Assembly (NCBI GenBank): GCA_016926735.1
Contig: JAFGOA010000115.1
Coordinates: forward strand, 1-13,329
Direction: 5' to 3'
DNA length: 13,329 nt
DNA from: Promethearchaeota archaeon
Lineage (GTDB): Archaea > Asgardarchaeota > Lokiarchaeia > Sigyniarchaeales > SOKP01
Shown: positions 1 to 6,461 of the stretch, piece after piece
Position numbering within the stretch: the first letter of the stretch is position 1
Layout of the letters: the number at the start of each line of letters is the position of its first letter
Notes under the pieces: generated by a model
Seen by the model: only the letters and a program-made list of their open reading frames with translations
Database searches by the model: none
What the model was told of the DNA's origin: nothing
Program-made: the position numbers and the translations under genes

Positions 1-18
1 CTTTTATGTCTTTAGATC

Positions 19-37
19 AAAAAAAAAAAAAAAAAAA
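19..37 (-). terminator. Oligo-T (T19) archaeal-type terminator after ABC permease 1
   Basis: A run of 19 A on + (T19 on -) starts immediately after the TAA stop at 38-40. Archaeal intrinsic terminators are U-tracts. Confidence 0.6.
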
Positions 38-1186
38 TTATTTTTTTGGGCGAAATATTAAAATCGCTAAAGATAAGAACATGATGGTTAATCCTATCAA
101 AATTAAAAATTCGTTTAGGAAACTTCCAAATCCCAATCCATTAATCATAATTGCTCTTGATATATCGATTGAATATGTCATTGGGATAGCTTTCGCTACC
201 CACTGCAGAACATCTGGAAATGATTGAACAGGAAAGATAAATCCTGAGAAAAACATAAAAGGAATTAGTATTATCGGGATAAATTGAAATGCCTGTAATT
301 CTGTTTTAGCTGCGCTAGCAGCTAATATACTTACTCCTATACAACTTAAAGAATAAATAAATAGTATAAAATATAATAACAATAAATTACCCACTATATA
401 TAAATTAAACAAAAACGCTCCTATAATTAATAACAATGAACTTTGAACCAACGCGATAACTGAATTGCCTAGCATATAGCCTAATAATAGATCACTCTTA
501 GTTGTTTTGGTTACAAGTACTCGATTTATAGTTCCTGATATTTTTTCTTTTGTAAAACCCCCTGTTACGTTTAAAATCATAAATAGCAGAATCGCAAAGC
601 TTAAAATTCCTGGAGCTAAAGTATCAATTGGTTTTAAATTAGGATTACCTGCCACATAATCAAAATTTAGGAGAAGTCGTGTTTTGTTTACTGTAATACT
701 ATTAGAAATATAGTTTATCATCTCTATAATCGTGGCTTTTATTGAACCTGCAATTTGAACTTGACTCCCATCTATAGCTACAATTAGATTTATTGTAGAA
801 TTTGTTTTTGGTAAATCTTCTGTGAAGTTCACAGGAAAAACAATTAATGCAAAATAATCATTACCTCCATAAATTTTAGATTCTTCGTCTGATAAGCTAA
901 AATTCACAGGAGATAATTGAGAAACCTGTACCCGATCATCTTCCTGTAAAAATTGAATTCCCATGGATGAGAACGTAGTGTCATTTATCAGAGGTGGTAT
1001 TCCAGGGCCTCCCTCATCTAAATTGACAACTTTAATAGGAATATTTTTTATATCTTGATTAAAACCATATCCAAAAAACATCATAAGTATTATAGGCATA
1101 ATTATCAATAATGCAAAGGTTCTACGGTCTTTTACGAGCGATTGCATATTCTTTTTCACGATTGCAAGAATTTGCTTCATTCCCAT
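38..1186 (-). CDS. ABC-2 type exporter permease with large extracytoplasmic loop (YbhR/YbhS-like, ABC2_membrane_3)
   Basis: 382 aa. It has an N-terminal amphipathic helix (KKNMQSLVKDRR), TM1, a ~150-aa extracellular domain starting IPIKVVNLDEG, then five more TM segments. It contains EKISGTINRVLVT and FFSGFIFPVQSFPDVLQWVAKAIPMTY, typical of ABC-2 permeases. It is coupled to the ATPase by a TAATG overlap at 1186, with GGAGGT at 1200-1195. Confidence 0.93.
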   Translation of the reverse strand: MGMKQILAIVKKNMQSLVKDRRTFALLIIMPIILMMFFGYGFNQDIKNIPIKVVNLDEGGPGIPPLINDTTFSSMGIQFLQEDDRVQVSQLSPVNFSLSDEESKIYGGNDYFALIVFPVNFTEDLPKTNSTINLIVAIDGSQVQIAGSIKATIIEMINYISNSITVNKTRLLLNFDYVAGNPNLKPIDTLAPGILSFAILLFMILNVTGGFTKEKISGTINRVLVTKTTKSDLLLGYMLGNSVIALVQSSLLLIIGAFLFNLYIVGNLLLLYFILFIYSLSCIGVSILAASAAKTELQAFQFIPIILIPFMFFSGFIFPVQSFPDVLQWVAKAIPMTYSIDISRAIMINGLGFGSFLNEFLILIGLTIMFLSLAILIFRPKK

Positions 1187-1974
1187 TAGACATTACCTCC
1201 AAGATTTATAGCTTTTTTATGTTTATGATTCCAATACATGAATACTTCTTCCATATCTGGTAATTTTGGGGCATTATTTATAGTTTTTAATTCATTCTGA
1301 AGATCAAGTGGTATCCCATATTTGATAATTTTCTTATTAATAAATCCAATTTTATCACATTTTACGGATTCTGCTAAATAATGCGTTGTAATGAGAATGC
1401 TTGTTCCTTGTTCTTTTGATATTTTTTTAAAATATTCCCAAAAAACATATCTTAAATCGGGATCAACTCCAACTGTAGGTTCATCCAAAATAAGTAACTT
1501 TGGTTTATGTAGTAATGCTATTGCTAAGGAAGTTCTTCTCTGCATTCCCCCTGAACATTTATTTAATTGACGATTTTTAAATTCTGTTAAATCAACAAGT
1601 TCTAATATCTCATCAATATAATTCATTTTGTTATTTGAATTAATATCATATAGATTTGCAAAAAATCTCAAATTTTGAATTATTGATAAATCCATATAGA
1701 GAGAGATATCTTGTGGCATATATCCAATGAAAGGAAAGACTTTTGGTAATTCTGAAGGAACACTATGCCCAAAGACCTTAATTTCTGCTCCATGATCGGC
1801 TTTTAATAATCCTAATAATATATTTATAGTTGTTGTTTTTCCAGAACCGTTTGGTCCAATTAATCCAAAGATTTCTCCTTTATTTATAGTAATTTCAAGA
1901 TCTTCAAGTGCTTTGAAATCTCCAAATGTTTTTGATAGGTTGTGAATACTAACTACCAAATCATTTTTTATCAT
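1186..1974 (-). CDS. ABC transporter ATP-binding protein (ABC-2/drug-export type)
   Basis: Walker A GPNGSGKTT, Q-loop YMPQ, signature CSGGMQRR, Walker B/D-loop LLILDEPTVGVD, H-loop ITTH. Confidence 0.97.
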   Translation of the reverse strand: MIKNDLVVSIHNLSKTFGDFKALEDLEITINKGEIFGLIGPNGSGKTTTINILLGLLKADHGAEIKVFGHSVPSELPKVFPFIGYMPQDISLYMDLSIIQNLRFFANLYDINSNNKMNYIDEILELVDLTEFKNRQLNKCSGGMQRRTSLAIALLHKPKLLILDEPTVGVDPDLRYVFWEYFKKISKEQGTSILITTHYLAESVKCDKIGFINKKIIKYGIPLDLQNELKTINNAPKLPDMEEVFMYWNHKHKKAINLGGNV

Positions 1975-1997
1975 ATTTTCAATGTATATTTAGTTTT

Positions 1998-2015
1998 TTA
2001 CTACTATCGTAGTAA
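1998..2015. promoter_or_regulatory. Palindromic operator 1a TTACTAC-N4-GTAGTAA (putative TrmB-family site)
   Basis: Perfect 7-4-7 inverted repeat TTACTAC tatc GTAGTAA in the divergent intergenic region. It recurs 25 bp away. Confidence 0.8.
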
Positions 2016-2022
2016 TAATTGG

Positions 2023-2040
2023 TTACTACTTATGTAGTAA
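2023..2040. promoter_or_regulatory. Palindromic operator 1b TTACTAC-N4-GTAGTAA (putative TrmB-family site)
   Basis: TTACTAC ttat GTAGTAA. The arms are identical to 1998-2015 and only the spacer differs. Confidence 0.8.
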
Positions 2041-2042
2041 AA

Positions 2043-2050
2043 TATTTAAA
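2043..2050 (-). promoter_or_regulatory. Candidate TATA box for ABC operon 1
   Basis: Reads TTTAAATA on -, preceded by CCGTAAAC (BRE-like), and abuts operator 1b. The AT-rich background limits confidence. Confidence 0.4.
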
Positions 2051-2091
2051 GTTTACGGAATATCTTTTTAATTGAAAGAGGTAAGATTTGA

Positions 2092-2943
2092 ATGACAATA
2101 ATTGAAAAATTGGAAGAAAATCTAAAAAAGATGAATTTTACTAAGTATGAAGCTAAAGCATTAGTAACATTAATAAAATATAATAATTTAGATGCCAGTG
2201 AATTAGCAAAGTATTCAAATGTACCACAACCTAAAGTTTATGAAACGATGGAAAAATTAAACACAAAAGGATATATTGATATTATATCTGAAGGAAGAGC
2301 TAAATTTTATAAAATCCGACCTAAGCACTCAATTACACAAATTTTTGACGATGAATATCTAGAATTTAAAAATAATTATGAAGAAATTAAAAGTGAAATA
2401 AATACTATTTATTCTATAGAAAAGGATACTGAAATTCCGTTTATAGGTATCTCTGGAGAAAAACAGCTACAAGGATATATGATTGATTTAATTGAACAAG
2501 CAGAAAATCGTATTGTAGCTTTTTTACATCATGATTACTATACTCAATCACTCATTGAGGCTATCAATAGAGTTTCAAAGAAAAAGGATATTCATCTAAT
2601 TTTCCATGATAAGAATTCATCAGAAAATTTAAAAACTGTTATTTTAAATACTAATATCTACTATTTAAAAGATCAAATTTTTACTAAAATTAAGACTTTC
2701 TTTCAAAATATTCCAAATTTTATACCTAATATAAAAGATTCTTATGGAATTAATATTCTTACTCAAGTTATTGATAAATTAAATCAAAATTTTGGATTAT
2801 TATTGGATGATAATAAAAAAAGTATTTTTATTATTCCCTTTCCTATAAAATATCCAATAGCAATTGTGAGTACTCTTCCCGACTTAGTCAACTTTCATAT
2901 GAATGGTGTTGATGAAATTCTCAAGAACTCTATTAAACTATAG
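2092..2943 (+). CDS. TrmB-family transcriptional regulator (N-terminal wHTH + C-terminal effector-binding-like domain)
   Basis: The N-terminus LKKMNFTKYEAKALVTLI..ASELAKYSNVPQPKVYETMEKLNTKGYI is the TrmB wHTH pattern. A coiled linker follows, then ISGEKQLQGYMIDLIEQAENRI, typical of the TrmB C-terminal domain start. SD-like GAGGT at 2078-2082. Confidence 0.9.
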   Translation: MTIIEKLEENLKKMNFTKYEAKALVTLIKYNNLDASELAKYSNVPQPKVYETMEKLNTKGYIDIISEGRAKFYKIRPKHSITQIFDDEYLEFKNNYEEIKSEINTIYSIEKDTEIPFIGISGEKQLQGYMIDLIEQAENRIVAFLHHDYYTQSLIEAINRVSKKKDIHLIFHDKNSSENLKTVILNTNIYYLKDQIFTKIKTFFQNIPNFIPNIKDSYGINILTQVIDKLNQNFGLLLDDNKKSIFIIPFPIKYPIAIVSTLPDLVNFHMNGVDEILKNSIKL

Positions 2944-2994
2944 TATTTTTTAAATTTTTGAGAAAATTCGCAATAAACAAAATATTATTTAAAA

Positions 2995-3378
2995 TTATTC
3001 CCGTTTATTTATCTTGATTGGTGTTATTTCAAAAAATTTATATTGTTTATTTTTCTTCACCACAATCCTATACATAAAAGGATATTTTTTCTTCATTTCT
3101 TTTAAAATATTCTTTCCTTTCTCATCCTCTATTATTGTTGCTATTCCTTCAATTAAATATTTTCCCCTAAGATTTCCAAAGTAATTACATGGAACTAACG
3201 TAACATTAGGATTATTTGCTATTCTTTTAAGTTTCCACGCTTTTTATTCAGAAAACATATATAATTTTAAATTTTTCCAAATATACCATATTGGAGTTTC
3301 AATACTAGTACCATCCTTTCTGAATGTTGTTAGACTTAAGCATTTTTTTCTATTAATAACTGTGTCTATATCAGACAT
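2995..3378 (-). pseudogene. PPOX-class F420-dependent oxidoreductase (Rv2061-like), interrupted by an in-frame TAA at codon 45
   Basis: Manual translation: MSDIDTVINRKKCLSLTTFRKDGTSIETPIWYIWKNLKLYMFSE*KAWKLKRIANNPNVTLVPCNYFGNLRGKYLIEGIATIIEDEKGKNILKEMKKKYPFMYRIVVKKNKQYKFFEITPIKINKRE*. LTTFRKDG..TPIW and KxKRIxNNPxVxxxPC are hallmark motifs. The internal stop is at 3246-3244. Not in the ORF track. Confidence 0.85.
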
Positions 3379-3485
3379 AGTTTAAAATAAAAGCAATTAA
3401 TTTTTAAAAATTAATAAATTTGTTTTAAACAATATTTTTTTAATAAAATAAAAAAAAAGAGATGATATTAGGACCTAATATAATA

Positions 3486-4292
3486 TTATCCTGTAAATCT
3501 TTTTTGTAATGTTCTTTGATGCAATGCAAAAGCTAAAATTAATAGGACGAATCCAAATATAATCAATATTGAGAAATCAATTAAGATACCAAATGTTCCA
3601 AATGCACTAAATTCTCCTAATCCTATATTTATTAAATCCACTAAATAAGTTAAAGGAGATATTAATGCTATACTATTAATATCAATAGGAGTAAATAATG
3701 GACTTATGAAGATCAGGGGAAATTTAATTAATATCGTCATAACCATTGTATCTCCAGGATTTGTTGTAGGGGGCGAGGAAAGAATTAAACTTAATGCTCC
3801 AAATGTTATTGCAGCTACCATCATTGTTAAGATTATAAAGAATATATTAAAACCATTAAATATTAATAATGAAAAAATCCCAATAATTAAAGGAATTGAA
3901 CTAAAAATCATCCCATAGATAAAACCACTCCACAAATTTCCTAATAAAATTGCTTTTAAAGAGATTGGACAAGTTATCATTCTCTCGAATGTCTTTCTCA
4001 ATGATTCCCAAGGAAAGATTATAGGTCCTATAGATGTTGATGTTAAGAATAAAACCATAGTAATCAATCCAGAAAAGAGATAATTTGATGGAATATTTCT
4101 TCCTATTGTAATTGCTATAAATAAAATTATTGGAAAAATTATTCCTTGAATCAATACAGGAGGTTTATTATAATAGATTCTAAGATCTTTCTTCGTAATT
4201 ATAAATGATCTCCTTAGTTGAGAGGAATAGGTTTTTATTTTTGTATTTTTTGATATTATTTCTTCGAGACTAATATAAACCACCCTCCTCAC
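3486..4292 (-). CDS. ABC-2 type exporter permease (start uncertain: GTG 4292, GTG 4283 or ATT 4274)
   Basis: ~6 TM helices, an N-terminal KKDLRIYY amphipathic helix, WESLRKTFERMITCPIS and FISPLFTPI..ISPLTYLVD motifs. Directly downstream of an ABC ATPase. Confidence 0.9.
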   Translation of the reverse strand: MRRVVYISLEEIISKNTKIKTYSSQLRRSFIITKKDLRIYYNKPPVLIQGIIFPIILFIAITIGRNIPSNYLFSGLITMVLFLTSTSIGPIIFPWESLRKTFERMITCPISLKAILLGNLWSGFIYGMIFSSIPLIIGIFSLLIFNGFNIFFIILTMMVAAITFGALSLILSSPPTTNPGDTMVMTILIKFPLIFISPLFTPIDINSIALISPLTYLVDLINIGLGEFSAFGTFGILIDFSILIIFGFVLLILAFALHQRTLQKRFTG

Positions 4293-5277
4293 TAATTATT
4301 TCCAAAAATGCATCCTCTAATTTTGGTTGATAAGTATTAAACTGTTTTAGTTTTACATTTTTAGATTTAAAATAAGCTATAAGTTCATAAATAGCATCAT
4401 TAACATCGTCAACAATGATGTGATATCTATTATTGATAAATTCTACATCTTTAATTGCCTTTAATGATGTAATTTCTTTTATATCAACTATTTCTTCCAG
4501 ATAACAATCAATTGCTTGGAATTTTTGTGTTAAATTTCTTAGATTTTCAGGTGTATCTAAATTTATAATTTTTCCTTGATTAATTATAGCAATTCTATTA
4601 CATAATTCATTTGCAACTTCCATATCGTGTGTTGTGAGAAAAATAGTCATTCCTTGTTTATTATAATCCTTAATTAATTCTTTAATAATTCTAGCAGATT
4701 GAACATCTAATCCTGATGTTGGTTCGTCTAAAAAGAGAATCTTAGGATTATTCATCAATGCCATGCACAAAAGTAAGCGTTGATTCATACCTTTTGAGTA
4801 TTTTTTAGTTTTAATATCTTTTTTTTCATATAGTTCAAATTTTTTCAATAAATAATTAGCTTTTCTTGTTCTTTCCTTTTTTGAGATATTATATATCTCT
4901 CCAATATAGATTAAATTTTGGAATCCTGTGAGATCTAAATATGCATCTGCCATTTCGGGTACATTTCCCATGATTTGTTTGCAAGAAATACTGTATTTCC
5001 ATAAATCATATCCATATATTGAAATATTACCAAGAGTTGGTTGTAATACTCCTGTCATCATTCTAATTGTAGTCGTTTTTCCTGCGCCATTCGGTCCTAA
5101 GAGACCAAATATTTCTCCTTCTTTCACTTTAAAGCTGATATCATTAGCTGCCTTTATCAAATTATTTTTTATTTTAAAATTATTTTTATTTTCACTATTA
5201 TTCTTGAATTTCTTTCTTTTTGAGGATTTAAAGGATTTTGATAGATTTTCTACAATGATTGCATCCAATTTATTCAC
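4270..5277 (-). CDS. ABC transporter ATP-binding protein (DrrA/NatA-like, C-terminal DUF4162-like extension); real start may be TTG at 5268
   Basis: Walker A GPNGAGKTT, signature YSKGMNQR, Walker B ILFLDEPTSGLD, LTTH, and a C-terminal PKLEDAFLEI. GGTGA (archaeal SD) at 5278-5274 sits 5 nt before TTG 5268, which would give MDAIIVENLSK. Confidence 0.96.
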   Translation of the reverse strand: MNKLDAIIVENLSKSFKSSKRKKFKNNSENKNNFKIKNNLIKAANDISFKVKEGEIFGLLGPNGAGKTTTIRMMTGVLQPTLGNISIYGYDLWKYSISCKQIMGNVPEMADAYLDLTGFQNLIYIGEIYNISKKERTRKANYLLKKFELYEKKDIKTKKYSKGMNQRLLLCMALMNNPKILFLDEPTSGLDVQSARIIKELIKDYNKQGMTIFLTTHDMEVANELCNRIAIINQGKIINLDTPENLRNLTQKFQAIDCYLEEIVDIKEITSLKAIKDVEFINNRYHIIVDDVNDAIYELIAYFKSKNVKLKQFNTYQPKLEDAFLEIISEEGGLY

Positions 5278-5424
5278 CCATTAACTATTTTTTCTTTCAT
5301 TTTTCTTATTTTTCGTATTTAATATGATTTTATTTGTTATAGAAATATTTTTTGTTAATATATATATCATTAAAACAATCTCAATAACGATTTGTTATAT
5401 TCATTTGTTAGTAATATATTTTAA

Positions 5425-5449
5425 TTAATTAAACCAATGGTTTAATTAA
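5425..5449. promoter_or_regulatory. Palindromic operator 2a (12-1-12), putative ArsR-family site
   Basis: TTAATTAAACCA-A-TGGTTTAATTAA, a perfect inverted repeat. Confidence 0.75.
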
Positions 5450-5459
5450 ACAGAATATT

Positions 5460-5482
5460 TAATTAAATCTAAGATTTAATTA
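5460..5482. promoter_or_regulatory. Palindromic operator 2b (11-1-11), putative ArsR-family site
   Basis: TAATTAAATCT-A-AGATTTAATTA. Same consensus as 2a, with centres 34 bp apart (5437 and 5471). Confidence 0.75.
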
Positions 5483-5492
5483 TATTTAAATA
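5483..5492. promoter_or_regulatory. Candidate bidirectional TATA box TATTTAAATA
   Basis: Reads TTTAAATA on both strands, abuts operator 2b, and lies ~44 bp upstream of the regulator ATG. Confidence 0.4.
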
Positions 5493-5535
5493 TTTTTATT
5501 TTTTTTATGTTATTAGTAAAGAAAAAGTAAGGATA

Positions 5536-5895
5536 ATGGCAAAAGAAATAGACTTTTTAGAATTAAAATCTTATATTAAAGCTCTACATTGCCCAATTAG
5601 ATGGGATATCATTGATTTATTAAAAGATGGACCAAAGAGTTCTGAAGAGATTTTTAATCTTTTAGTGATTAATGAAGGAATAAATAAAGAGAGGATTAAT
5701 AGAAAATGTAATGGAAATTGTAAAAACAAAAATAAAAATGATATAAAAAAACCTACACTATATTATCACCTGCGTGAATTAGAAGCAGTGGGGATTATCA
5801 AGATAAAGACATTAAAAGCTAGTGAGTATAAAAGAGCCCCAGAGAAAGTTTGGAAACTAAATATTGAAAAATTAATAATCAATTTGAAATTTTAA
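5536..5895 (+). CDS. ArsR-like winged helix-turn-helix transcriptional regulator with Cys-containing insertion
   Basis: KALHCPIRWDIIDLLKDGPKSSEEI and KPTLYYHLRELEAVGII match the ArsR/HTH_20 pattern, with wing RAPEKVWKL. Divergent from ABC operon 2 and followed by T8 (5896-5903). Confidence 0.87.
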   Translation: MAKEIDFLELKSYIKALHCPIRWDIIDLLKDGPKSSEEIFNLLVINEGINKERINRKCNGNCKNKNKNDIKKPTLYYHLRELEAVGIIKIKTLKASEYKRAPEKVWKLNIEKLIINLKF

Positions 5896-5938
5896 TTTTT
5901 TTTAAGAGATATTTTTTATAAATAAATAAAAGATATTC

Positions 5939-5981
5939 CATGGAAAAAGTAAGGATCTTAATGGAAAACCGAATTGAAATC
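5939..5981 (+). repeat. 43-bp intergenic direct repeat, copy 1: CATGGAAAA-N10-TTAATGGAAAA-YCGAAK-TGAAATC
   Basis: Ungapped match to 8907-8949 at 32/43 positions. Nine of the 11 mismatches fall in the 10-bp central spacer. Confidence 0.8.
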
Positions 5982-6461
5982 ATAGATATATCTCCCATTA
6001 GGGAGCTTAGCAATATCAATGATCTCCCGCTTTAAATAATTGGTTAGGGTCGGTTGTGAATCTTTCAACAGATTTAAGACTCTATATGCTTTCATATTAT
6101 ATTTTTATTTGAATAATTCTTAACTAAAAAGTTAGATGAGTCGTATGATTTTTAATAAAAATGAGGATGATATAAATTTTTTAAATCAATCTCTCTATAA
6201 ATTTTGAAGATAATCCTGTGAATTCTATTTATTTTTAATATACCCAGAATTAAATTAATTATAAAAGAAATAACGATGAATATTTATCTTTTCTATAATA
6301 TAAAAGAGTGAATAGGAACTATTTAATCCAAAGAAGTGTACTAAATTCTTTAATTTTAGAAGAAATTATAGATTTTTATAAATAGTCACAAAAATTATAA
6401 ATTAAATATAACTAATCAAAATATATATTAGATTTTAATAGATTTTTTATCCTATTTTCCA

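Noticed and set aside
6-227. 73-aa + strand ORF
   Set aside because: Antisense to permease 1, and its poly-Lys comes from the A19 tract.
3244-3246. Stop-codon reassignment or Sec/Pyl recoding in the PPOX gene
   Set aside because: The codon is TAA, which serves as the normal stop of most genes in the window.
3706-3918. 70-aa + strand ORF
   Set aside because: Antisense shadow wholly inside permease 2, with no motifs.
4928-5284. 118-aa + strand ORF
   Set aside because: Typical antisense shadow of an ABC ATPase (VVFPAPFGP mirrors Walker A).
6043-6137. Integron attC site (GTTAGGG at 6043, GTTAGAT at 6131)
   Set aside because: No matching RYYYAAC box at a suitable distance with an extended hairpin, and no integrase.
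6137-6208. 23-aa ORF MSRMIFNKNEDDINFLNQSLYKF
   Set aside because: Too short, with no recognisable motif or supporting signal.
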